Made by a program: the position numbers and the translations under genes. From positions 1,141,330 to 1,205,329 of the forward strand of contig OY970227.1 in NCBI GenBank assembly GCA_963714055.1: a DNA stretch of 64,000 nucleotides, read 5' to 3'. Each line of letters begins with the position of its first letter. The first letter of the stretch is position 1. Under the pieces are notes generated by a model. It worked only from the letters and a program-made list of their open reading frames with translations, was not told where the DNA came from and did not search any database. The stretch is from an uncultured Acidimicrobiia bacterium. GTDB lineage: Bacteria > Actinomycetota > Acidimicrobiia > Spongiisociales > UBA5794. Below are positions 19,177 through 32,417 of the stretch, piece by piece.

Positions 19177-19683
19177 TCAGCCGACCACCAGCACGGGGCA
19201 TGGGGCGCGCAACGCCACCCGATCGGCGACCGAGCCGGACCCGAACGGTTGGTAGCCCTCGGTCTCCTTGACCTCCGAGGCGAGGCCACGGCGGCCCAAG
19301 ACGATGAGGTCGACCGACTCCGTCTCGGCCGCCTCCAGGATGGCCTCGACGACGTGACCGCGGGCGACGATCCCTCGCGCCGAGATGCCGCCGTCGACAA
19401 GGAGCTGCACCGATTCAGCGGCGAGGGCGTCCGCTTCCTCCTCCATCTCGGAACGGAGCCGATCCAGGGTGAGCGACCCGCGCCGCCTCATGGTCGTCGG
19501 CGGGTCGTAGGCGACGAGGACGACGATCTCCGACCCGGCGAACTGGGCCAGCACCCTGGCGTGGCCCAGCGCCAGCTCGGCGGCGTGGGACCCGTCGAAG
19601 GGCACCAGGACCGTGGCGTACACGGTGTCGACGTCGGGAATGGAGACCGGCTCGTCCCAGTCGGGGGGTCGCTGGTAGGTCAC
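19177..19683 (-). CDS. Universal stress protein (UspA family), GTG start
   Basis: C-terminal 168 aa of tool ORF 19177..20568, with VLVPFDGSHAAELAL…GSVADRVALRAPCPVLVV. Confidence 0.6.
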   Translation of the reverse strand: MTYQRPPDWDEPVSIPDVDTVYATVLVPFDGSHAAELALGHARVLAQFAGSEIVVLVAYDPPTTMRRRGSLTLDRLRSEMEEEADALAAESVQLLVDGGISARGIVARGHVVEAILEAAETESVDLIVLGRRGLASEVKETEGYQPFGSGSVADRVALRAPCPVLVVG

Positions 19684-19859
19684 ACCGGCTCCCTTTCTCG
19701 TTCGGGCTCGGGGGCTCGGGGCTCGGGCGGGGAGAGGCGATTGCGCCGCGCTCTGGCGAACGGGTAGATGAGCGGGCCCGCTGGCGAGACCGATCGCAGC
19801 GAGACCGATCGACCCCTGCCATCCCTCGTAGTAGGCCTGGAAGTAGACGGCGAGGACGA

Positions 19860-21097
19860 TCACGCCCACCGGGAGGACATGACCACCAGGGCGATGACGG
19901 GCCAGCCACCGGGGATCTTGAAGGGCCGGGGCAGGTCGGGCTCCTTGATGCGGAGGGCGATCAGGGCGGCGAACTCGAGCATCAGGGCCCCGGCGTAGAT
20001 GGTCACGTCGACGACGACCAGGGTCTGGAACGGGCCGAGGATGAACACGGTGTAGATCAGCGACGAGACCACCAGGGAGACCCAGGGCGTCCCGTACCGC
20101 GGGTGGAGCTTCATGCAGCGACTTGGGCAGGTACCCGTCCTCGGCCATCACGAACGGCACCCGGCTGATCGAAAGCAGCAGGCTGGAGAACAGCCCGGCG
20201 GAGGCGACCAGGGCCCCGACGCCGAGGAAGATCCCCAGCCATGGCCCGGCCACCGCCTCGGCGATGACGGTGAAGGCGCCGGCGGTCCACTCGACGTCCT
20301 CGGTGCCGACGGCGGCGAGGCCGGTCAGCGTCGGAAGGAAGTAGACCGCGGTGATCAGCGGCACGGTGATGAGCAGCATCTTCGGGTAGTCCCGTTGCGG
20401 GTTCTTCATCTCGCCGGCGACGGTGGAGACCCCGTCCCATCCGAGGTAGTTCCACATCACGACGAAGAGACCGATCCCGAAGGCCGAGCCGATTCCCTGG
20501 CCCTCGTTGACGAACGGCTCGAAGGGGTTGAAGGTCCAGTCGAACAGGGCGAAGAGGGTGAGCAGCACGAACGGGGCGATGCACGATGATCCCGAAGAGG
20601 ATCGACGAGTCGCCGACCACCTTGGCGCCGCGGATGTTGATCAGGGTGAACACCCAGATGACGATGGCCCCGAGCAACCAGCGGTTGAGGCCGCTCCCCT
20701 CCTCGCCGAACAGCTCGGGGAAGAAGTAGGCGGAGTACTCGACGAACAGCACCGGGTAGATCGCCATGTCGACCCAGCTGGTGATCCACGACCACCAGCC
20801 CTCCTGGAAGCCCCAGAACGGGCCGAGCGCCCGCTTCACCCAGTAGTAGTACCCGCCCTCGATGGGCAGGGCGGTCGCCAGCTCGGCGACCACCAGTGCC
20901 GCCGGGATCGCCCAGATGATCGGGGTGATCAGGATGAGCAGCAGCGCCATCCCGGCGCCGGACTCCCCGATCACGTCCTCGAGCCCGTATGCCCCACCCG
21001 AGACGGTGAAGAACATGATGAAGACGAGGGCACTGAGCCCGAGCGTCCTCGGGACGTGCCGGACCTCGACGCGGGCAACGCCGCCTGCCGTCACCAA
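19860..21097 (-). pseudogene. Amino acid/polyamine (APC-family) permease split over three reading frames (frameshifts near 20575-20585 and 20105-20115)
   Basis: The N-terminal third (MVTAGG…SSILFGIIV) is in the ORF frame of 20111..21097. The middle (IAPFVLLTLFALFDWTFNPFEPF…YLPKSLH) is in the frame of 19177..20568. The C-terminus (KLHPRYGTPWVSLVVSSLIYTVFILGPF…) is in ORF 19860..20114. The first junction is a single extra C (GTGCATCG). Confidence 0.5.
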
Positions 21098-21287
21098 ACC
21101 CTCCGGGGAAAGGTCGACGGGACACTAGCCAGGGACGCCTTGGCCCTGCCTGGCTAGGCGAGCGCTGGCGAGCAGTGCGACTGAGACGCGGCGACGAGAA
21201 CCGTCGGACGGATCCCCCTCCTCGCCTGCCGTGCTGCCTTCGGGCCCTGCCGCAGCCACTCTTCCCCAATGGGTGGGGGGGCAGTCT

Positions 21288-23372
21288 CTATTCGCCGCGG
21301 GACTTGGCGACGATCTCCTCGGCGGTGCTGGTGGGCACCTCCTGGTAGGAGTGGAACTGCATGGTGTAGGTGGCCCGACCCTGGGTGCGTGACCGGACGT
21401 CGGTTGCGTAGCCGAACATCTCGGCCAGCGGGGTGAGCGCCTTCACCACGCGACTGTTCCCCCGGCTGTCCATGGACTCGATCTTCCCCCGTCGGGACGA
21501 CAGGTCACCGATCACGTCGCCCATGTAGTCCTCGGGAGTCACCACCTCGACCTCCATGATCGGCTCGAGCAGCTTCACGCCGGCCGCCTTGGCGGCGGCC
21601 TGGAGGGCCATGGAGCCGGCGATGCGGAACGCCATCTCGTTGGAGTCGACGCTGTGCGACGACCCGTCGACCAGCGTCGCCCGAAGGTCGACCAGCGGGT
21701 AACCGGCCAGCACCCCGCCGTCGAGGGCGTCCCGCATTCCCTTCTCCACCGCGGGGATGAACTCGCGGGGGACGTTGCCCCCCTTGACCGAGTCGACGAA
21801 GGTGAACCCCGAGCCGGCCTCGGTCGGCTCGAGGTCGACCACCACGTGGGCGAACATGCCCGATCCGCCCGTCTGGCGCTTGAGCCTGCCCTCGATCTTG
21901 CGAACGTGCCGCTTCACCGTCTCCCGGTAGGCCACCTGGGGGCGCCCGACGTTGGCGTCCACCTTGAACTCGCGCAGCAGTCGGTCGACGATGATCTCGA
22001 GGTGGAGCTCCCCCATCCCCTCGATGATCGTCTGCCCGGTCTCCTCGTCCGAGTGGACGCGGAAGGTCGGGTCCTCCTCGGACAGCCGTGACAGCGCCTC
22101 ACCCAGCTTGTCCTGGTCGGTCTTGGTCCTCGGCTCGATGGCGACGGCGATCACCGGGTCGGGGAAGCTCATCGACTCCAACTGGATCGGCTGGTCGGAG
22201 GCGGCGAGCGTGTCGCCGGTCTTGGTGTTCTTCAAGCCGACGGCGGCGACGATGTCCCCGGTCATCACCTCGTCGATGTCCTCCTGGGCGGAGGCATGCA
22301 TGCGGAGCAGCCGGCCGAAGCGCTCCTTCTTGCCGGTGGTGGTGTTGACCACGGCGTCGCCCTTGGACGCCTTGCCCGAGTACACCCGGAAGTAGGTGAG
22401 CTTGCCGACGTACGGGTCGCTCATGATCTTGAAGGCCAGCGCGCTGAACGGCTCGTCGTCGGAGGGGGCCCGCTCCTCGAGATGGGTCTCGGCCCCCGGC
22501 CGGAACCCCTGCACCGCCGGCAGGTCGACCGGGCTGGGCAGGTAGTGGACGATGCCGTCGAGCAGCGGCTGGACGCCCTTGTTCTTGAACGCCGACCCGC
22601 ACAGCACCGGGACGAAGTCGCGGTTGATGGTGCCCTTGCGGATGACGCGGCGGATCTCGTCGGGCTCGAGGTCACCCCCCTCGAGGTACTTCTCCAGAAG
22701 CTCCTCGTCCTCGGAGGCGACCACGTCGAGCATCTTGTGGTGCCACTCGTCGGCGAGCCCCTGGAAGTCGGCGGGGATGTCGACGACCTCACGGTGCGTG
22801 CCGTCCTCGTCGTGCCAGATGATCGCCTTCATGTCGACCACGTCGATCATCCCGTTGAAGTTCGACTCGGCACCCATCGGCACGTGCAGGGCCACCGGGT
22901 TGCCTCCGAGCCGCTCGACGATCGAGTCGATCGAGCGGAAGAAGTCGGCGCCGACCCGGTCCATCTTGTTGATGAAGACGATGCGGGGCACCCCGTACTT
23001 GTCGGCCTGGCGCCACACCGTCTCCGACTGCGGCTCGACACCGGAGACGGCGTCGAAGACCGCCACGGCACCGTCGAGGACCCGCAGCGACCGTTCCACC
23101 TCGACGGTGAAGTCGACGTGGCCGGGGGTGTCGATGATGTTGATGGTGTGGTCGAGCCAGCGGGTGGTGGTCGCCGCCGACGTGATGGTGATCCCCCGCT
23201 CCTGCTCCTGCTCCATCCAGTCCATGACGGCAGCGCCCTCGTGGACCTCGCCCATCTTGTAGGTGCGCCCGGTGTAGTAGAGGATCCGCTCGGTCGTGGT
23301 GGTCTTGCCCGCGTCGATGTGGGCCATGATCCCGATGTTGCGGATCGTGTCGAGCTTGATGCTTCGTGCCAT
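21288..23372 (-). CDS. fusA: Elongation factor G
   Basis: 694 aa with G domain [23 protein letters not shown] and NKMDR. Confidence 0.95.
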   Translation of the reverse strand: MARSIKLDTIRNIGIMAHIDAGKTTTTERILYYTGRTYKMGEVHEGAAVMDWMEQEQERGITITSAATTTRWLDHTINIIDTPGHVDFTVEVERSLRVLDGAVAVFDAVSGVEPQSETVWRQADKYGVPRIVFINKMDRVGADFFRSIDSIVERLGGNPVALHVPMGAESNFNGMIDVVDMKAIIWHDEDGTHREVVDIPADFQGLADEWHHKMLDVVASEDEELLEKYLEGGDLEPDEIRRVIRKGTINRDFVPVLCGSAFKNKGVQPLLDGIVHYLPSPVDLPAVQGFRPGAETHLEERAPSDDEPFSALAFKIMSDPYVGKLTYFRVYSGKASKGDAVVNTTTGKKERFGRLLRMHASAQEDIDEVMTGDIVAAVGLKNTKTGDTLAASDQPIQLESMSFPDPVIAVAIEPRTKTDQDKLGEALSRLSEEDPTFRVHSDEETGQTIIEGMGELHLEIIVDRLLREFKVDANVGRPQVAYRETVKRHVRKIEGRLKRQTGGSGMFAHVVVDLEPTEAGSGFTFVDSVKGGNVPREFIPAVEKGMRDALDGGVLAGYPLVDLRATLVDGSSHSVDSNEMAFRIAGSMALQAAAKAAGVKLLEPIMEVEVVTPEDYMGDVIGDLSSRRGKIESMDSRGNSRVVKALTPLAEMFGYATDVRSRTQGRATYTMQFHSYQEVPTSTAEEIVAKSRGE

Positions 23373-23380
23373 GTGAGTCG

Positions 23381-23848
23381 CTACCAGCGGTAGTGGGCGA
23401 AGGCCTTGTTCGACTCGGCCATCTTGTGGATGTCCTCGCGCCGCTTGACGGCGGAGCCGCCGCGGTTGGCGGCGTCGAGGATCTCGTTGGCGAGGCGCTC
23501 GGCCATGGTGGGCTCGCGGCGCTTACGGGCGAACTCGACCAGCCAGCGGACGGCGAGGGTCTGGGCGCGCCGGGGGCGCACCTCGACCGGGACCTGGTAT
23601 GAGGAGCCGCCGACCCGTCGAGAGCGCACCTCGAGCTGGGGGCGGATGTTGTCGATCGCCTTCTTCAAGGTGGCCAGCGGGTCGCCGCCGGTGCGGTTGT
23701 CGACGATCTCGAGGGCGCCGTACACGATACGACGCGAGGCGCCCTTCTTGCCCCGCCACAGGACCTTGTTGATCACCTGGGTGACCAGGACGCTGCGGTA
23801 GACGGGATCCGGTTCGAGTTTTCTTACTTCAGCTGGTGCTCTGCGCAT
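23381..23848 (-). CDS. rpsG: 30S ribosomal protein S7
   Basis: 155 aa. Confidence 0.9.
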   Translation of the reverse strand: MRRAPAEVRKLEPDPVYRSVLVTQVINKVLWRGKKGASRRIVYGALEIVDNRTGGDPLATLKKAIDNIRPQLEVRSRRVGGSSYQVPVEVRPRRAQTLAVRWLVEFARKRREPTMAERLANEILDAANRGGSAVKRREDIHKMAESNKAFAHYRW

Positions 23849-23867
23849 TTCTCCGGGGCTCTCTTCC

Positions 23868-24236
23868 TCAGGCCTTCTTGGCGCCGTAGCGGGAGCGCGA
23901 CTGCTTGCGCTGGTCGACGCCGGCGGCGTCGAGGGCGCCCCTGATGACCTTGTACCGGACGCCAGGCAGGTCCCTCACCCGGCCCCCGCGGACGAGGACG
24001 ATCGAGTGCTCCTGCAGGTTGTGCCCCTCACCCGGGATGTAGGCGGTCACCTCGATCTGCGAGCTGAGCCGCACCCTGGCGACCTTCCGCAGCGCCGAGT
24101 TCGGCTTCTTCGGGGTGATGGTGTAGACGCGGGTGCACACCCCGCGGCGCTGCGGCGACCCGGCCAGGGCCAGGGTCTTGGTCTTCTTGCGCTTGGGGCT
24201 CCGGCCCTTGCGGACCAGCTGCTCAACGGTCGGCAC
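23868..24236 (-). CDS. rpsL: 30S ribosomal protein S12
   Basis: 122 aa starting [39 protein letters not shown]. Confidence 0.9.
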   Translation of the reverse strand: MPTVEQLVRKGRSPKRKKTKTLALAGSPQRRGVCTRVYTITPKKPNSALRKVARVRLSSQIEVTAYIPGEGHNLQEHSIVLVRGGRVRDLPGVRYKVIRGALDAAGVDQRKQSRSRYGAKKA

Positions 24237-24510
24237 GCATCTTCCTCGTTTCGGCTGAGTTCCGTGATCTGGGTTGGTGACTGCGGTGCGCCCGACCCGC
24301 CGTTTCGCCGGCGAGGCGGGGTTCCCGGCCAGGCCCGGTCCGGTCCGGACGTGACGAGATCGGCGGCCGGTGTCCCGTGCCCTCGTACCGGGCAGGTCGG
24401 GCGTGGCGGTCGCCGATCCCAGGTGGGTTCGCTCCGCTCACAACAGCGCCGAAACGCCTCCGGGTAAGCGGGTACCCGATCGGGATGATCTGCGCCGCAG
24501 TATACCGTGC

Positions 24511-24643
24511 TTCTGACCCGGGCCGAAGTCGGCCCTCCTCCGCAGGTGGGACCCCAACCCCACCGCGGCCGTTGCTTCTAGCCCGGGCCGAATTCGGCCC
24601 TCCTCCGCAGGTGGGGCCCCTACCCCACCGCGGCCGTAGTTGC
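24511..24643. repeat. Two tandem units of about 65 bp upstream of rpsL. Each holds a GGGCCGAAnTCGGCCC palindrome plus the CTCCTCC-hairpin element
   Basis: Unit 1 is ttctgacccgggccgaagtcggccctcctccgcaggtgggaccccaaccccaccgcggccgttgc. Unit 2 is ttctagcccgggccgaattcggccctcctccgcaggtggggcccctaccccaccgcggccgtagttgc. Confidence 0.7.
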
Positions 24644-25848
24644 TGCCCGTCCGGTTGGGCACTTCTAACATGCCGGCTGTTATGAGTGCCATGCCGGGGA
24701 GGAACCCATACCGGCCAGGGGTCGGGCTGGCGCCGGTCTACCTGGCCGGGCGGAGCGGCGAGTTGCGCCGATTCCGGTCGATGCTGCGCTCGGCGCCCGA
24801 GATCCCGGTCAACGTGCGGGTCACCGGGCTACGCGGGGTGGGCAAGACGGTGCTCCTCGGCGAGTACGAGATGGTCGCCGCCGAGGAAGGGTGGGTCACG
24901 GAGATGCTCGAGCTGGAGCACCGCCACGACGCCACCACCGAGGTGGTGGAAGCGGTGGCCGGCCTGTGCGAGCGGCTGCGACGGAGACTGTCACGGACGG
25001 TCCGGATCAGGCGCAAGGTGGGCAAGGCGGTGGAGCAGGTGTCGAAGCTCGAGATCGGGTTCGACGACGTGCGGCTCTCGTTCGACCCCACTGCCGACGA
25101 CCACGACATCGAGCTCGCCGAGCTCGTCTACGCCACGGTCTCCGCCGCAGTCGGCCACGGCCGCCACGGGGTGATCCTCATGTTCGACGAGGCCCAGGTG
25201 CTGGAGAACCCGGCCTCGCTGTCGGTCCTGGTGGCTGCGGTGGCGGCGCTGCAACGCAACGCGGTGCCGGTCGGGTTGGTGCTGTGCGGACTCCCCAGCC
25301 TGGCCGCCCGCCTCCTCCGTGCCCGCACCTACACCGAGCGGATGTTCCGCGGCGAGAACGTCGGGTCGCTCGACCTCGATGCCGCCCGCCAGGCGTTGAT
25401 CCGCCCGCTGGACGGCACCGGGGTGACCATCGCCGACGACCTGGTCGACGCCGTCATCGGGCGGATCGGCGGCTACCCGTACTTCGTCCAGCTGTGGGGC
25501 GCCGAACTCTGGGACGCCGCCGACCAGGCGGACATCCAGCACCTCTCGCTCGACCTCCTCCAGGTGGTCGAGCCGGACATCACCCGCCGGCTCGACACCG
25601 ACTTCTACGAGCCCCGGGTCCGGCTGCTCACCCCGGCCGAGCAGGACGTGCTCATCGTCACCGGTTCGTGCCCCTACCCACCGATCGTCGTGGCCGACGT
25701 CATCGCCGCCAGCCCCAAGACGACCGGCAACATCAACGTCCTGATGGGCCGCATCGCCGCCGCCGGCGTCATGTACCGGGCGCGCCGGGGCGAGTACGAG
25801 TACACCGCCCCCGGTTTCCACGAGTTCCTGAGGAGGCGGGCCCGCTGA
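24640..25848 (+). CDS. P-loop ATPase of the archaeal-type/AAA_16-like (COG1672-like) family with C-terminal winged-helix region; start uncertain (ATG at 24640, 24670, 24682 or 24691)
   Basis: Walker A is TGLRGVGKTVLL. Walker B is GVILMFDEAQVL. N-terminus YLAGRSGELRRFRSML resembles the fVGRexEL motif of that family. Confidence 0.55.
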   Translation: MLPVRLGTSNMPAVMSAMPGRNPYRPGVGLAPVYLAGRSGELRRFRSMLRSAPEIPVNVRVTGLRGVGKTVLLGEYEMVAAEEGWVTEMLELEHRHDATTEVVEAVAGLCERLRRRLSRTVRIRRKVGKAVEQVSKLEIGFDDVRLSFDPTADDHDIELAELVYATVSAAVGHGRHGVILMFDEAQVLENPASLSVLVAAVAALQRNAVPVGLVLCGLPSLAARLLRARTYTERMFRGENVGSLDLDAARQALIRPLDGTGVTIADDLVDAVIGRIGGYPYFVQLWGAELWDAADQADIQHLSLDLLQVVEPDITRRLDTDFYEPRVRLLTPAEQDVLIVTGSCPYPPIVVADVIAASPKTTGNINVLMGRIAAAGVMYRARRGEYEYTAPGFHEFLRRRAR

Positions 25849-25855
25849 CCCGAGG

Positions 25856-26854
25856 TCAGGCGAGCGGCCCGCTGAACGGGCCCGGCGGGACCCCGGTCGC
25901 CGTCCGGTAGCCGGCGACCGCCGCCGCAAGGTCGCCCTCCCAGAACGGGTAGCCGATCTCGGGCTGGTCGGGAGGGTCGTCGAGTAGTTGCTCGGCGATC
26001 GCCAGCCAGGTGGAGGCATGGCCCCCGAACCGGTCGGCGAGCGACACCAGATCGTCGTGGTACTGCGCCGCCAGCCGCTCCGCCACCGGTGTCGGGATGG
26101 TCGACGCCCCGCCGCTGTGGACCTTGCGGTTCACCACGCGGTACTCGCCCTGCTCAACGCCGAGGAACGTGTAGGCGGCCTTGAGGATCTTCCTGGGATG
26201 GAAGGAGAGGTCCTCGAGGTAGCCCAGGAACAGCTGCTCGGCCGGGAACACCGACAGCCAGCGGTCGAGGTTCGAGGCGTACGCGGTATGAGCGGCGACC
26301 CGCGACTGCTGCAGTGCCGCCAGGTACCACTCGTTGCTCACATCTGCTTCCCCGACGCGGCCCGTCATGTGCACCGCCGACCAGGCCCGCTCGATCGGGT
26401 TGCGCAGCATGTAGATGATCCGCAGGTCGGGGTTCAGCTCACGGATGCGCTGGATCCGGCGCCTGCCGAGCAGCGCATAGTCGGGGGTGAACTCGCCCGA
26501 CACCCGGCCTCGGCCCGGTGCGAACAGCGACCGGTACCAGCCGTCGTCCGGCTGGGACACGAAGTACCGGGCGCACCAGGCGAGGTCGGTCGAATCCGGG
26601 TCCCGGGCGTGGTTCCGCAGCTGGCGCTGCACCTGGCGTCGCCAGCGCACCGCCCAGACCTCTTCGGAACGGAGCGCCTCCTCGATGTCCCGGGTCCGGT
26701 CCAGCTTCTCGTCGAAGTAGTGCAGCTCCTTCTCGGGGGGCATCCAGACGAGCGGGTGGTGCGAGAAGTTCGCATGCAGCCCGGTTGTGCCCGCCTTCTG
26801 AGCACCGATGCCGAGGAACTGGGGACCATCGCTCTCCGGCACGGACGGGCACAT
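25856..26854 (-). CDS. Sulfotransferase-family protein (PAPS-dependent, Stf0-like)
   Basis: 5'-PSB-like FLGIGAQKAGTTGL and 3'-PB-like IIYMLRNPIERAWS motifs. 332 aa. Confidence 0.6.
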   Translation of the reverse strand: MCPSVPESDGPQFLGIGAQKAGTTGLHANFSHHPLVWMPPEKELHYFDEKLDRTRDIEEALRSEEVWAVRWRRQVQRQLRNHARDPDSTDLAWCARYFVSQPDDGWYRSLFAPGRGRVSGEFTPDYALLGRRRIQRIRELNPDLRIIYMLRNPIERAWSAVHMTGRVGEADVSNEWYLAALQQSRVAAHTAYASNLDRWLSVFPAEQLFLGYLEDLSFHPRKILKAAYTFLGVEQGEYRVVNRKVHSGGASTIPTPVAERLAAQYHDDLVSLADRFGGHASTWLAIAEQLLDDPPDQPEIGYPFWEGDLAAAVAGYRTATGVPPGPFSGPLA

Positions 26855-26920
26855 CTCCTGGCTCGACGGGGCGGGGCATCGTACCCGGCCGGCCCACTCC
26901 GGGTTCGGGGTTGGGACCCC

Positions 26921-27703
26921 TCAGATCGGGAACGGGGGTGGTGGCGGCGCCTGGTCGTCGCCACCGCCGTCACGCGGACGGGTGGCGGGGACGTCGCCGG
27001 GAGGAGACGCGGACTGGGGGCCGGTGGCGGGAGGAACCACCCCGCCCGGCGGTGGCGCCGGTTGCGGGTGGGATCGCTCGGCCGGATCGGAGCGGAGCCC
27101 GGTCAGGGTGATCAACACGATGAACACGGCGCCGAACGTCGACCCCATCCGCCACAGGACGAAGGCGGCGGCGGCACCGGCGATCGCCGAGATCACCTTC
27201 GCCACGGCGAAGGCCCGTTTCGGGATGACGATCTCGAGGAAGCTGGTGAGGATCGCCCCGCCGTCGAGCGGCCGGATCGGGATCCAGTTGAGGAGGCCCC
27301 AGCCCAGGCTGGCCCAGATGAACCCGTACACCGCGATCCGGACCGTGCTCGACATCCCGTCGAAGGCCCCCGCCCGCCACGCCAGCAGCACCGCCCCACC
27401 GAGGACGATGCCGACCGCCGACCCGGCGGCGGCGATCACCAGGCGGCGCGCCGGGGAGAGGCGCTCCGATGCGCCGAAGGAGGTCACGCCGCCCAACGCG
27501 AAGAGCGTGATGGACACCGGCTCGGCGCCGAAGCGGCGGGCGGTGAAGGCGTGGCCGGCCTCGTGGAGCAGCACGGCGAGGAAGGCGACCGCCACCCACA
27601 ACGCCATGTCGACGGGCCGGTTGGACGGTGAGACGATGGCGATGATCAGGAATGACAGGTGGACGCCGACGGGGACCCCCGCCAGGCTGAACCTCAGCAC
27701 CAC
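26921..27703 (-). CDS. M50-family (site-2 protease-like) membrane zinc metalloprotease; likely GTG start near 27703
   Basis: HEAGHAF (HExxH) in a TM helix, and later NWIPIRPLDGG (LDG motif). The upstream 185 aa of tool ORF 26921..28258 look non-coding. Confidence 0.55.
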   Translation of the reverse strand: MVLRFSLAGVPVGVHLSFLIIAIVSPSNRPVDMALWVAVAFLAVLLHEAGHAFTARRFGAEPVSITLFALGGVTSFGASERLSPARRLVIAAAGSAVGIVLGGAVLLAWRAGAFDGMSSTVRIAVYGFIWASLGWGLLNWIPIRPLDGGAILTSFLEIVIPKRAFAVAKVISAIAGAAAAFVLWRMGSTFGAVFIVLITLTGLRSDPAERSHPQPAPPPGGVVPPATGPQSASPPGDVPATRPRDGGGDDQAPPPPPFPI

Positions 27704-27793
27704 CGCAGCGTAGCTGGGACCGGTCGGGAACCATCCTCGGCGTCGCCTGCTCAGGTGCCTGCCTGCGAAGCCCCTTGGGGGTACGCTTGGCCG

Positions 27794-28372
27794 ATGGCGC
27801 CGTTGATTCGACAGGCCGACATTTCGGACGCCGCTCGCCTCGGTGAGGTTCACGTCGCCGCCTGGCAATGGGCCTACCGCGGGCTGATGCCCGACGAGGT
27901 GCTCGACAGCCTCCGACCCGATGCCAGGGCGAGGGCGTGGGAGCAGATGCTGGGCGAGCGCGACGGGGCCTTCCAGGCATGGGTGGCAGAGGTCGACGGC
28001 GAGGTCATCGGGTTCGCCTCGTCGGGCGCCCCGCTGGACGACGACCTCCCTGAGGGCAGCGTCGAGTTGATGGCGATCTACCTGCTGGAGCCGTACCTCC
28101 ACACCGGGATCGGCTCCCAGCTGATCGAGGCCGCCGAGTCGGCCTGGGTCGACCAGGGCTCGCGGCTCGGGATGCTGTGGGTCCTCGAGGACAACACCGG
28201 GACGATCGAGTTCTACGAGCGCCACGGCTGGCAGCACGACGGCGGCCGCCGCGACCACCAGGTCGCCGCCGGCGTCAGCGTGCCCACGCTGCGATACATC
28301 AAGCGACTGGCCCCGGTGGTCCCCCTCGCCAACGAGCAGCTACAGCAAGGCGTGGTAGGCGAGCACCGCTAG
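27794..28372 (+). CDS. GNAT-family N-acetyltransferase
   Basis: Starts MAPLIRQADISDAARLGEVHVAAW. Acetyl-CoA-binding region is VIGFASS…HTGIGSQLIEAAESAW. ATG at 27794. Confidence 0.65.
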   Translation: MAPLIRQADISDAARLGEVHVAAWQWAYRGLMPDEVLDSLRPDARARAWEQMLGERDGAFQAWVAEVDGEVIGFASSGAPLDDDLPEGSVELMAIYLLEPYLHTGIGSQLIEAAESAWVDQGSRLGMLWVLEDNTGTIEFYERHGWQHDGGRRDHQVAAGVSVPTLRYIKRLAPVVPLANEQLQQGVVGEHR

Positions 28373-28418
28373 CCGTCGCCGCGGTCCCCCTCCCCGGTCG
28401 TGCTGCTCGCCTGACGGT

Positions 28419-28440
28419 CCCCTCCCCCGAAGGGGAGGGG
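28419..28440. terminator. Perfect 9-bp hairpin CCCCTCCCC-cgaa-GGGGAGGGG between the convergent GNAT gene and rpoC; likely bidirectional terminator, no U tract
   Basis: Read directly from sequence at 28419-28440. Confidence 0.5.
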
Positions 28441-28444
28441 AAAC

Positions 28445-32353
<3,909 letters not shown>

Positions 32354-32417
32354 CTGTGCTCACTCCAAACGTTGCTTCGCTACCCACTACGTCCAACAAT
32401 TCCCTATTCCGCGCCGG

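Noticed and set aside
17505-19271. 588-aa plus-strand ORF spanning the S10 leader and the PotD-like gene
   Set aside because: No coding periodicity consistent with real genes. It overlaps a confidently called minus-strand gene and a non-coding leader.
21098-21287. Candidate fusA terminator hairpin
   Set aside because: I could not find a convincing perfect stem in this GC-rich 190-bp gap, only short imperfect complementarity, so it is left uncalled.
24585-24600. GGGCCGAATTCGGCCC palindrome as a restriction-modification or operator site
   Set aside because: It is simply the stem-loop half of the repeated 65-bp unit, and unit 1 has AAGTC instead of AATTC. No R-M genes are nearby.
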